DNA of 64,000 nt from a virus (Duplodnaviria > Caudoviricetes), in IMG/VR virus record IMGVR_UViG_3300009826_000020, positions 19,019 to 83,018 of that record; one strand, given 5' to 3'. A program made the translations under genes and the position numbers. The notes under the pieces were generated by a model. That model searched no databases, was not told where the DNA came from, and was given only the letters and a program-made list of their open reading frames with translations. Of the stretch, positions 37,857 through 47,182 are shown piece by piece; positions within the stretch are counted from its first letter, which is position 1, and each line of letters begins with the position of its first letter.

Positions 37857-39452
37857 ATGCCAGCGCTAACTCACCCGGGGGTATACGTCGATGAGTCGGC
37901 CTTCCCCACGTACATCAGTGCCACTCCCGGCAATGCGGTGGCCTGCTTCGTGGGTGTTGCTCCTCGTGGTCCGATAGGCCCGAAGATCGTAAATTCGTGG
38001 AAGCAGTTCACCACGCTGTACGGTGGCTTCGAGACGCAGTATCCACCGAGCAGTCTGCACCTGGCGGTGTTCGGGTATTTCTCTGCCGGTGGAACCAGTG
38101 CCGTGATTATTCGAGCTATTCGGCTGGATACTCAGGGGCCTTCCACTGCCTCTGCCAGCCTCGATGACCAGAATTCTGAGGGGGCACAGCCTTCCATAGA
38201 GGTCCAGGCGGCGAACCCGGGAACCTGGGGCAACGATGTGTACGTCGACATCCTGCCTGGGCGGGTGCTCGACCCCCTGACATCGGTGCCGATCACCTTC
38301 AGTATTGTGGTGAAATACCAGGGCACGGCACCCATAAATGTTGTGGAGCGGTGGACAGACCTCTCGATGGTCCCGGGGTCCACCCATCTGGGTCAGCACA
38401 ATTACGCCCTCGATCTGGTCAACTCCACCTATAACGGGTCGAATTTCATTCGGTTGGTGGACTTGGCGAACGACCCTGGTGTCCTTGAACCCACGCCAGC
38501 CCCTGCTAATAATCCTGCCCCGACGCCGTCGAATGTTTCGACACAGCTATCAGGTGGCGATGAGGGCCAGCCTATTACCTTCAATGACCAGTACCAGGCA
38601 CTGACACAACTGGATCAGTACCCGAACCAGCCCTTCGTGATCAATATGCCAGGCGTCACCAACGTCACCGACGTTGGCCAGGTGGTGTCCTACGCTGAGC
38701 AGCGTACCGATGGCTTTGTGGTCATCGATCCGCCCGCCGGGATGGCCCCTGATGGAATGGTCGCTTACGCCCAGTCACCCGGGATCCCGGCCAGTGCCCA
38801 GGCTGCGATCTATTACCCTCAGGTGCTCATCGCTGATCCGTACAGCATGAACCCCGGTATCACCAGACTCATGCCACCTGGTGGATTCGTGGTGGGCCAG
38901 TACATTAACACCGACATCACGAGAGGTGTGCAAAAGGCCCCCGCCGGTCTGGGTGCCTCACTGAACGGTGTCCTCGGTCTGGAATACACCCTGACCAACC
39001 AGGACCAGGGTGATTTGAACCTCGCCAATGTCAACTGCCTCGTGGCCATGTCGGGATATGGCGTGGTGATCTGGGGTGCCCGGACGCTCTCGCCCTACCT
39101 GATTACCAGGTATGTATCAGTCGAGCGCACCATCATTTACCTGGCCACTGAGTTGGTGGCCATGTCGAGATTCGCCGTGTTCGAGCCGAATGACTGGGTG
39201 CTCTGGAATCAGGTAACACAGATCCTGGCTCAATTCCTGACCCAGTTCTGGCAGAGCGGTGGCCTGTCAGGTAAAAGCGCTTCGGAGGCGTTCTATATTA
39301 TCTGTGACCAGACCAACAACACACCCTTGACTATCCAGCAGGGCGTCCTCAATATTGAGATTGGTGTTGCCCTGGAATTCCCCGCCGAGTTCGTGGTCAT
39401 CAAGATTGGCCAGTGGGCTGGCGGGCAGAATGTTTCAGTGACCACCACCTAG
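37857..39452 (+). CDS. contractile tail sheath protein
   Basis: PGVYVDE, ANPGTWGN, PPGGFVVG, KAPAG, WGARTL, YVSVER, FEPND, PAEFVVIKI. Confidence 0.96.
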   Translation: MPALTHPGVYVDESAFPTYISATPGNAVACFVGVAPRGPIGPKIVNSWKQFTTLYGGFETQYPPSSLHLAVFGYFSAGGTSAVIIRAIRLDTQGPSTASASLDDQNSEGAQPSIEVQAANPGTWGNDVYVDILPGRVLDPLTSVPITFSIVVKYQGTAPINVVERWTDLSMVPGSTHLGQHNYALDLVNSTYNGSNFIRLVDLANDPGVLEPTPAPANNPAPTPSNVSTQLSGGDEGQPITFNDQYQALTQLDQYPNQPFVINMPGVTNVTDVGQVVSYAEQRTDGFVVIDPPAGMAPDGMVAYAQSPGIPASAQAAIYYPQVLIADPYSMNPGITRLMPPGGFVVGQYINTDITRGVQKAPAGLGASLNGVLGLEYTLTNQDQGDLNLANVNCLVAMSGYGVVIWGARTLSPYLITRYVSVERTIIYLATELVAMSRFAVFEPNDWVLWNQVTQILAQFLTQFWQSGGLSGKSASEAFYIICDQTNNTPLTIQQGVLNIEIGVALEFPAEFVVIKIGQWAGGQNVSVTTT

Positions 39453-39460
39453 GAGAAGCC

Positions 39461-40072
39461 ATGACCTCTCGACCACTCAACTCAGATCCCCTGCGGAATT
39501 TCCGGTTCATTGTCTCCCTCAACCATCCGAACCTGCCCAATCTGGTTCGTATGGGATTCATGGCGGTGTCAGGATTGGCCGTGAACAACGAGGTCATTCC
39601 CTACCGTGAGGGCGGCAACAACACCACCACCCGGAAGATGCCCGGGCAGTCTGACTTCGGCCCGTTGACGATGACCCGTGGCCTGATGGCCGCTCCGGTC
39701 AAGGCAGGTGTCGGGAACGTCTCCGGCATGGAGGTGTACCAATGGTTCTCCCAAATTTTCTCGGTGAATATCGGGGCTGGATTTGGCAGTGCCTCCACTG
39801 ACTTTCGTATCAGTTGCACCATCGATGTGCTGCAGCACCCCATCACCTCGGGTGCCGGAGCCGCCGGTAATGAGCCGTATAGCGTGCCCCCGATCAAGGT
39901 GCGGTTCGTGGTACAGAACTGCTGGCCCATGGGTTATTCGTTCTCCGACCTCGAAGCTGGGGGTAATGCCGTCTTCATCGAGAACCTGACCCTGGCGCAC
40001 GAGGGCTGGGGCATGATCACCGCCGCCTCGCCGGATCCTGGTGTCTACGTGAGTTCCTCGGCCACGTACTGA
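39461..40072 (+). CDS. tail tube protein (T4 gp19-like)
   Basis: DPLRNFRF, GFMAVSGL, YREGG..TTRKMPGQSDFGPLTMTRG, NCWP, IENLTLAHEG. Confidence 0.93.
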   Translation: MTSRPLNSDPLRNFRFIVSLNHPNLPNLVRMGFMAVSGLAVNNEVIPYREGGNNTTTRKMPGQSDFGPLTMTRGLMAAPVKAGVGNVSGMEVYQWFSQIFSVNIGAGFGSASTDFRISCTIDVLQHPITSGAGAAGNEPYSVPPIKVRFVVQNCWPMGYSFSDLEAGGNAVFIENLTLAHEGWGMITAASPDPGVYVSSSATY

Positions 40073-40950
40073 TGAGCCTGAGCCAACCATTCAATCCCAA
40101 GGTTCACCCGCAGGCTGGGGTTTTTGACCCCAATGTTTTTGAGGGCAGCCTCATGGATCCCACTGAGAATCCTGAGCAGGCGAACCAGATTGTCAGGGAG
40201 CTAACCAGTCCTGATGTCCCTCTCATGCCGTCCCTGCCCTCGGACAAAATGTTCCTGCCTGGTGGGTATGTCGATCAGGACGGTGAGCTTCACCAAGAGG
40301 CCCACATTCGAGAGATCAATGGGGCCGACGAAGAGGCCATGGCCCGGGAGCTACGCAACCCCAACGTGAGTGTGGCCAAGGTGGTCGACCTGCTTCTCAA
40401 ACGGTGCGTGCTGGAGGTAGGTCCACACCGTGCCACGCCCCAGATATTGGGAGAAATGCTGGCAGGTGATCGAGCGTCCATGATGCTGGCCATCAGGGTG
40501 CTGACCTTCGGCAGTGACTGGGAGGTGGAGGAATTCCCTTGCCGGTTGTGTGGCAAGAACTTCGGCACGGTGGTCGAGCTTGACTCCATCGGGGAAAAGC
40601 GGATGGACAACCCGAGGGTGCAGGAAATCGACGTCAGGCTCCGCAATAATCACACTGCCACTGTGGCTCTGCTCGATGGTGCCTCACAGATGGCTATGAT
40701 CGGTGACGGGAACAGGACCGGCCCTGAGGAGATCAGCATCGCCATTGATCGTTGCCTCAAGCGCTATGACGGGAAGCCGGTGCCACTTAACGGTATAGCC
40801 CAGACCTTGAGCATGGCTGACCGCCGTGCGATCTCGACCGCCATGTCCGAGGCCCAGCCTGGGCCGAAAATGGAGGAGGTGATGGTCACATGTACCGAGT
40901 GTGGGCAAGAGGCGTCGTATTCCATCAGCCTCCTCGACTTATTTCGTTGA
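40072..40950 (+). CDS. tail assembly chaperone
   Basis: between tube and tape measure; REINGADEE, GDRASMMLAIR, CxxC pairs. Confidence 0.8.
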   Translation: MSLSQPFNPKVHPQAGVFDPNVFEGSLMDPTENPEQANQIVRELTSPDVPLMPSLPSDKMFLPGGYVDQDGELHQEAHIREINGADEEAMARELRNPNVSVAKVVDLLLKRCVLEVGPHRATPQILGEMLAGDRASMMLAIRVLTFGSDWEVEEFPCRLCGKNFGTVVELDSIGEKRMDNPRVQEIDVRLRNNHTATVALLDGASQMAMIGDGNRTGPEEISIAIDRCLKRYDGKPVPLNGIAQTLSMADRRAISTAMSEAQPGPKMEEVMVTCTECGQEASYSISLLDLFR

Positions 40951-41092
40951 GTCAGTCACCAATACCGGCCTGCTCTATCTCCAGTATCAACGTATCGCTG
41001 AACGGTTTCCTGGTTGGAGTCTCTCTGAGATCAAGCTCATGTCCTACCCGGAGCGGAAACACTGGGTCGATGTCATCCTGAATGAGGTTTGA
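40943..41092 (+). CDS. chaperone downstream segment (gpT-like), possibly reached by frameshift
   Basis: FPGWSLSEIKLMSYPERKHW; no standard start between GTG 40901 and ATG 41039. Confidence 0.65.
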   Translation, partial: FVESVTNTGLLYLQYQRIAERFPGWSLSEIKLMSYPERKHWVDVILNEV

Positions 41093-41095
41093 TAA

Positions 41096-44000
41096 ATGCC
41101 TGATGGTGGTGGGTACGGCCTTGGGGTGCTTAATCCGAGTACGCTGAAAGAATTCGCTACTGGTCTGGGTGGGATCAGTAGTCAATTCACCAAGTTGGTG
41201 AGCGGGGTCACCAATTTTGGTACGGCTGTCTCCAAAACGATCCAGCAGGCGAACACCCAGCTTGACACTCTGGATAAGAAATTCCAGTCCTTGGTGACCA
41301 GGATGGGGCAGATGGGGGCGGGTGGTCCCTCGACCGGGATGGGCGGGGGCAGTGGGGGCACTGGTTCTCCCAGTGGATTAGGCAGCCAGTGGGGGTCAGC
41401 CCTGACCCCTGCAGGTACGTCAGTTGCTTCTGGCACCCCTAGTCTTCCCAAGCAGCCCACTAATTCCATTGCCGGGACGAGTTATCCCACTCAGGCTCCT
41501 CAGGCTGTTTCTACTCCTGGTGTGCAGACTACGGCCCCTAATGGTGGTGGTGCCCCGCTGGGTTCAGCCGAAGCCGCTGCCAAGGCCTTCGCCCCTCAGC
41601 CCAGTCAGGCAGCCCCTGCTGCCCCCACACAGACGACTGCAGGCAACGGTGGGTGGGGTCCTGCTCCTGGCGCTACTCCTGCCCCTACAGCCCCGAGTGG
41701 TGGCAATAACTGGCCCACCACACCCAGTGCTCCTGAGACACAGACGACCTCACCGAATGGCGGTAGTGGGTCGACAGGTGGTGGGGGTTCGATGATGCAG
41801 AGGGCGGCGACCTCGATCCTGCCCGCTGCTGCCGGTTATGCGGCGGGAGCCGTGGGTGAGGGCGGGGGTGGCGGTGCGATAGCAACGTCAGTCCAGGGTG
41901 CCACCATCGGCCAGCTTCTCTCCGGGCAGAACTACACCTCGGCGGCGGCAAAGCAGTACTACGTGATGCCCAAGGACATGATGGCGCAGAGTCCCGCCGA
42001 TTATGCCCAAGGCAATTACTATGCCGCTCAGAGTATGGGATTGCAGCCTGGTGTGGGTGGGCTGACCAGTCAGAATTTTGCCACTGTTCAAAAAGGCACC
42101 CAGCAATTGATGACCCTGTCACCTGGCATGAGCTACCAGAGTGCCATGGCGGCGCAGAACCAGATGAACCAGCCACAAACCCTGAATGCGGCCCTGAGAG
42201 TCGGCATAAATCTTCGCCCTGGTGGCAAGATGTTGACCCCCGAGCAGCAGAACGAACAGATCTTCAACCGTATGTTCCAGGGGAAAAAGCCGACCAAGGA
42301 TGAGTTCGACCAGGTCATGTCCTCTGGCTATGGCCAATCGAACCTGGCCTCGATTGGCATCACACCCGGTAGTGATGAGTACAACCAGTTCATGAACTAC
42401 TCCCGTACGAAAATCGGTATGCAGGAGCAAGGCAAAGGCATGCCAGATGTGGGCACCAAGAAGGGTGCCCAGGAGGCTGGGCTGAACACACCATATAACG
42501 ATCAACTACGGGTGCAGTCGAAGGAATCCCAGTTGAAGTCCCAGGCTGAGCCGACGCTCGCCAAGGCTGCGGATACCTTGAATAAGGCAGCGAACGCCTT
42601 GCTCGGTGCTGTCCAGAAAATCGGTGCCACTCCCGGGGGCGGCGGCGGATTTTTCAGCCAGATCGGCCAGCACCTGGGATTGACCGGGGGAGGTGGTGGC
42701 GGATTACTGAGTGGGTTCAGCCTGCATCTCCAGGGTGGTGGTGAGGTCCCTGATGTATGGCAGGGTGATCTCAACAAGACACCCATGGGTAAACTGCCGG
42801 GTGTTAGTAGCAATTTCTTCAAGAATATCGGCAGGCTTTTCGGTGGGCTGAACGGTGAGGCTGACACTGATAAGGTGCCCACTCTCCTTAGCCCAGGGGA
42901 GCGTGTGCTGTCGAAGTCGGAAAAGAAGTCGGTTGAAAAATCTCTGGCAGGGCAGTCTGGAACTTCTCGTGGGTACTGGGGGCCGAAGGTAGCTGGGAGT
43001 CAGGCTGATTCGAGCACGGTTGCCGGATTGCTGAGCACAAAAATCAACGATCTGGACCAGACCACCGTCGCCTACTCTCTGTTCAATAAGCCCCCTGACG
43101 GATCGCTTATCTCAATGATGCTCTCTCAGGGTGGTCAGAAGGGTGGTGGTGCCCAAGGTGGGAAACCACCCGATGCCTGGGTGGAGGGGCAGATAGACGC
43201 CTCCGGCAAGACGGGGCAGACAGGGAAGGCCAGTGGCACCAGGACCGGCCAGCAGACCGGCGGGAAGACCAACGCCAATCAGCCAGAGGAGAGCCAGAAG
43301 AAAAAGAGCGGTGGGATTCTTGGCACCATCGGTGATGTCCTCGGCGGGGTGGTGAAGGGTGTCGGTGGAGTAGTCGGCAGTCTCCTCGGTGGAGGTGCGG
43401 GTCTCGGTGGGGCTGGTGGCGGTGCCGGGGGCCTGGGGGGTGGGCCTGGGGGAGGTTTGTTGGGGACCGGATTTGCTGGTGCGCCTGCGCCATCAGTCGG
43501 CACCTTGCCCTGGAATTACAAAATGCTGACGAGCACGCCTGTTGATATGTCGAGTCTTTTCGACAAGCAGTCAGCCAGTTCTGATGACTCGTCGTCGGAT
43601 GACTCCTCATCCAGTGTGGTCGGATCTGCGCCCTCAGGTAATTTGAAGGGCTGGATCTCTCAGGCGATGAAGATCACCAATGTGAGTGGTGACGCCTGGA
43701 CGAATGGCCTCAACCTGATCATCCAGAAAGAGTCTGGAGGGAACCCAGGGGTCACGAATAACTGGGACAGCAATGCGGCTGCCGGTCATGCTTCGACTGG
43801 CTTGATGCAGCTAATTCCCAGTACCTTTAAGGCCAATGCGGTCCCTGGATATGACAAGAATATCAACGATCCCGTCAGTAATATCGCAGCAGGAATCAAG
43901 TATATTGAGTCTCGGTACCATGATATAAGTAATGTCCCTGGGGTCAAGGCCGTGGCCGCAGGTGGAGCATATGTGGGGTATGCCCGTGGCACACAACGTA

Positions 44001-44257
44001 TAGCCGAGACCCAACTAGCACTTCTTCACCGAGGTGAGTCGGTGGTACCCGCCGCCGACAACTACGGTACCGCACCTTATAACCGTAATGGTGCCATGAA
44101 CGGTGGTGGGAATGTAACCCATCTGAACTTCAAGACCGGTTCGATTACTCTCCAAGTTCCAGCCAACAGTACACAGACACAAATGGAAAATATCGCCAAG
44201 CAATTTGTGCAGGCAGTGTCCAAGCCTGGTGTCATCGCCGCCGTGAGGAGTAGCTGA
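41096..44257 (+). CDS. tape measure protein with SLT lytic transglycosylase
   Basis: 1053 aa after the chaperone; IIQKESGGNP...GLMQLIPSTF...NIAAGIKYI. Confidence 0.92.
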   Translation: MPDGGGYGLGVLNPSTLKEFATGLGGISSQFTKLVSGVTNFGTAVSKTIQQANTQLDTLDKKFQSLVTRMGQMGAGGPSTGMGGGSGGTGSPSGLGSQWGSALTPAGTSVASGTPSLPKQPTNSIAGTSYPTQAPQAVSTPGVQTTAPNGGGAPLGSAEAAAKAFAPQPSQAAPAAPTQTTAGNGGWGPAPGATPAPTAPSGGNNWPTTPSAPETQTTSPNGGSGSTGGGGSMMQRAATSILPAAAGYAAGAVGEGGGGGAIATSVQGATIGQLLSGQNYTSAAAKQYYVMPKDMMAQSPADYAQGNYYAAQSMGLQPGVGGLTSQNFATVQKGTQQLMTLSPGMSYQSAMAAQNQMNQPQTLNAALRVGINLRPGGKMLTPEQQNEQIFNRMFQGKKPTKDEFDQVMSSGYGQSNLASIGITPGSDEYNQFMNYSRTKIGMQEQGKGMPDVGTKKGAQEAGLNTPYNDQLRVQSKESQLKSQAEPTLAKAADTLNKAANALLGAVQKIGATPGGGGGFFSQIGQHLGLTGGGGGGLLSGFSLHLQGGGEVPDVWQGDLNKTPMGKLPGVSSNFFKNIGRLFGGLNGEADTDKVPTLLSPGERVLSKSEKKSVEKSLAGQSGTSRGYWGPKVAGSQADSSTVAGLLSTKINDLDQTTVAYSLFNKPPDGSLISMMLSQGGQKGGGAQGGKPPDAWVEGQIDASGKTGQTGKASGTRTGQQTGGKTNANQPEESQKKKSGGILGTIGDVLGGVVKGVGGVVGSLLGGGAGLGGAGGGAGGLGGGPGGGLLGTGFAGAPAPSVGTLPWNYKMLTSTPVDMSSLFDKQSASSDDSSSDDSSSSVVGSAPSGNLKGWISQAMKITNVSGDAWTNGLNLIIQKESGGNPGVTNNWDSNAAAGHASTGLMQLIPSTFKANAVPGYDKNINDPVSNIAAGIKYIESRYHDISNVPGVKAVAAGGAYVGYARGTQRIAETQLALLHRGESVVPAADNYGTAPYNRNGAMNGGGNVTHLNFKTGSITLQVPANSTQTQMENIAKQFVQAVSKPGVIAAVRSS

Positions 44258-45705
44258 TGCCTGGTGACAAGCCTGGCGATCAGGCATACCAAGAGGCCCA
44301 GAAACACAAAGGTGCAGCCTATGTCTACGGTGCCCAGGGACCAGACACATTCGACTGCTCTGGGCTGATGGTCTACTCCTACCTTCATGGTCCTGGGATC
44401 ACAATCCCTCGGGTGGTGTCTGATATCTGGTCCAATCAAGCGGTGCTGAGCACGGTTATGCCTAAGGGCAGCAAGAACGCCAAGGATGTTAAGGAATCCG
44501 ACCTTGAGGTCGGAGACATGCTGTGTTACCTACAGCCTGGCAATAATGGTCAGAACCAGCACGTAAAAATGTATGCGGGTGGTGGGCAGACCATCGAGGC
44601 TCCACACACAGGGGCCAATGTTTGCATGAATCCCTTAGACCTCAACGGGAGCGGCACTGAGCCATTTGTCGGGGCCAAGCGGGTGGGTGGTGGCGGGTCC
44701 TCCGGCGGGAGTGGTACTGACCAGGGTGACAACAAGAAATCTGACTCCCCCATTTCTGGATCCCAGGACACGGGGTCTGCTGATACTGCCTATATAGATA
44801 CAGCCCTGTCTGACCCCCGTAATAATCTTCCCTTTTCCCCGCTCTTCATGGGCAGTGCTGGTGGGTTCAAATTCACCTACCAGCCATCCCCGAACAGTCC
44901 TCTGCGTCAGGTTTCAGCCGCATGGCAGTTGGTACGTGGTGGCATTGTTCAGTTGCTGTCGACCTCGGACAAGAACCCCAACCCCCACGGTCAAAAAGGT
45001 GGTCAGTTTGCTGCCTTTTTCATGATGAATCCGTCGAGTATTTCAACCGACTGCACCATGAGTGACCAGACTCCTGCTCCGGCCACGATGTCAGCTACTG
45101 CAGCACAGATAGCTCCCTCATGGTTGGCGCAGCAGACGATCAGCTTCTCCTTCATTTTCAATCGCATGTACGAGGTCTGGCAGGGGCCTGATGCCCACCC
45201 TGGGCCGAACAATTCCCCTGGCCCTGGTGCTATCGGTGTTCGGTGGGATATTCGAGCCTTCGAGCGACTCATGGGAATGTATGACGCTGTGCAGCAGGAT
45301 ACCTCTGTCGGGGCCGGATATAGCCAGGGCGTCCAGCCTGGACTGGGGGCTTCGGGGGCTGGGTCTGCCCCTCCGGCCTCGATGCCGGTACAGGTGGTGT
45401 TCGGTGGTCCCTTCTCGATCCAGTTCCAGGGTTACATCGCCAGCTTCGACTATACGTACACGATGTTCGATGCCAACATGGTTCCTGTTGAATGCACCTG
45501 TGACATATCAATTCTCAGGCAGTATCTGCCTACTCAGAGCAGTTATGACCTCGTGAATCCAATGGTCACCCGGATGTACGGCTCGACTGCTGAACCTCTC
45601 AACCCGAACACAGCGGCTATGGAATTCCCCTACGCTACCGGTTCGTCCTTCAATGCCAAGACCGGCATCATCCAGATAAACAGGAAGGGAGGGATCAGCA
45701 TATGA
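44257..45705 (+). CDS. NlpC/P60 peptidase fused to tube-initiator-like domain
   Basis: YVYGAQGPDTFDCSGL...HVKMYAGGGQTIEAPHTG; FMMNPSSI, V.VVFGG, YTMFDANMVP. Confidence 0.85.
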   Translation: MPGDKPGDQAYQEAQKHKGAAYVYGAQGPDTFDCSGLMVYSYLHGPGITIPRVVSDIWSNQAVLSTVMPKGSKNAKDVKESDLEVGDMLCYLQPGNNGQNQHVKMYAGGGQTIEAPHTGANVCMNPLDLNGSGTEPFVGAKRVGGGGSSGGSGTDQGDNKKSDSPISGSQDTGSADTAYIDTALSDPRNNLPFSPLFMGSAGGFKFTYQPSPNSPLRQVSAAWQLVRGGIVQLLSTSDKNPNPHGQKGGQFAAFFMMNPSSISTDCTMSDQTPAPATMSATAAQIAPSWLAQQTISFSFIFNRMYEVWQGPDAHPGPNNSPGPGAIGVRWDIRAFERLMGMYDAVQQDTSVGAGYSQGVQPGLGASGAGSAPPASMPVQVVFGGPFSIQFQGYIASFDYTYTMFDANMVPVECTCDISILRQYLPTQSSYDLVNPMVTRMYGSTAEPLNPNTAAMEFPYATGSSFNAKTGIIQINRKGGISI

Positions 45706-45971
45706 TCTTGACCGGATCCCGGTACTTCGGCCAGCCCGTCCTCTCGGTGCCTACGGCTGACCTGGGCATGCAGCAGTGTGTTTTCAGTCCCCCTCGAACG
45801 TTCCCAAGGAACTTCACCTATTACACCGTAAAGCACGGAGATCGTTTTGATCTCATTGCAGCCAACGTCTACGGTGTCTCCGAATATTGGTACAAAATTG
45901 CCAACGCCAACCCCGAAGTCTGGTACCCGGAAATGCTGACCCCAGGCGCAGTGATCAGGATTCCGGCGTGA
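45702..45971 (+). CDS. LysM / tail X-like baseplate protein
   Basis: YTVKHGDRFDLIAANVYG...WYKIANANP...L.PG.VIRIP. Confidence 0.88.
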   Translation: MILTGSRYFGQPVLSVPTADLGMQQCVFSPPRTFPRNFTYYTVKHGDRFDLIAANVYGVSEYWYKIANANPEVWYPEMLTPGAVIRIPA

Positions 45972-47182
45972 CCATACGCCAGTTTGGCCAGATGGGTCAA
46001 CTGGCTTACGGCTATGCCGTCTTCGACCCCGGCGGGCGACAGGCCGTCAAGACCACGAACTCGGTCAAGATCCTGATGTCCGAGGGCATGCATGACACCG
46101 CCATTGTGACGCTGCGGGGTGAGTCGATGAACGTGCCCGAGCTTCAGCCGGGTACGCCGGTCCAGATCCAGTACGGTTGGAGTGCCCTCGATCTCGACTG
46201 GTTCTACGGCTACGTGGACCACATTGAGACGCAGTATCAGTGGGCACAACCAGATCCGAATCATTTCAACGATGTCGTATGTCTCGGTGTGAGCTATGCC
46301 CTGAAGGATCCTTACCTTGGCTCGTGGAGCAACGTCGCTGCCTCCTCTATCGTGGCCCAGATCGCCAAGCAGTACTTCCTATCGTCTGTCATTGAGGCCA
46401 ATGATTACCTGTGGCCGAGCCTCGGTGCCACTGGCTGTACCATCTGGCAATTCCTCTGTCAGTTGGCCGACAAGGTGGGTTACACCCTGTCCTGCAACCA
46501 GAGCCTGCTGCGATTCGTCTCCAGTGACACCAGTACAGAGCAGCACTGGCCCTCGATGCCGGTATTCCGCACCCGTAACAGCGCAGCCGGAATTGTCGCT
46601 CAGACGATCAGTAATTTTCAGGCTCTTCAGGGTGACGCTATGCCGACACAGGTGAAGGCTATACGCCAGGTCAATGGGCTTGATCTGAATACCGGTCAGA
46701 TTATCGGTGCTGTCAACGACGGCACAGATAGTGAGCCTCTCGGATCGACCACCGTGTACCCGCTCTTCTACCAGCAGGTGTCCGACACGGTGGTGCCGAG
46801 CAGTGGTGCCGCCCTCGCCACCCTCGCCGGTATGTCTGAGGCCAACCGTTGGACCTACCAGGCAACGGCGACACTGAGCGGCTACACCGGAGTGAAGCAG
46901 GGTATGCCCATCGGCATAGACGGTGTCGATGCCGCCAATGATGGGACCTGGTGGGTACGGGAGGTCTGCCATCGTATCGACAGCAGCAATTACGCCATGG
47001 ATGTCCTGCTGGGCCGTGACGCCATAGGGAGTACAGGGAAGCAGCCCATCCAGGGATTGATGGTGGCCTACTCGCCCCAGAATCCCTACAGTTACACGGC
47101 TGCCAACGTGCCGCCCACGATTCTGGTCAACAATAGGTGGAGAGCACAGAACACCTTCACTGCCTATGTCAACTCAGCCTAG
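45968..47182 (+). CDS. baseplate hub protein (gp27/gpD-like)
   Basis: GTGA overlap; FYGYVDHI, TIWQFLCQLADKVG, GTWWVREVCH; position before the spike. Confidence 0.8.
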   Translation: MTIRQFGQMGQLAYGYAVFDPGGRQAVKTTNSVKILMSEGMHDTAIVTLRGESMNVPELQPGTPVQIQYGWSALDLDWFYGYVDHIETQYQWAQPDPNHFNDVVCLGVSYALKDPYLGSWSNVAASSIVAQIAKQYFLSSVIEANDYLWPSLGATGCTIWQFLCQLADKVGYTLSCNQSLLRFVSSDTSTEQHWPSMPVFRTRNSAAGIVAQTISNFQALQGDAMPTQVKAIRQVNGLDLNTGQIIGAVNDGTDSEPLGSTTVYPLFYQQVSDTVVPSSGAALATLAGMSEANRWTYQATATLSGYTGVKQGMPIGIDGVDAANDGTWWVREVCHRIDSSNYAMDVLLGRDAIGSTGKQPIQGLMVAYSPQNPYSYTAANVPPTILVNNRWRAQNTFTAYVNSA

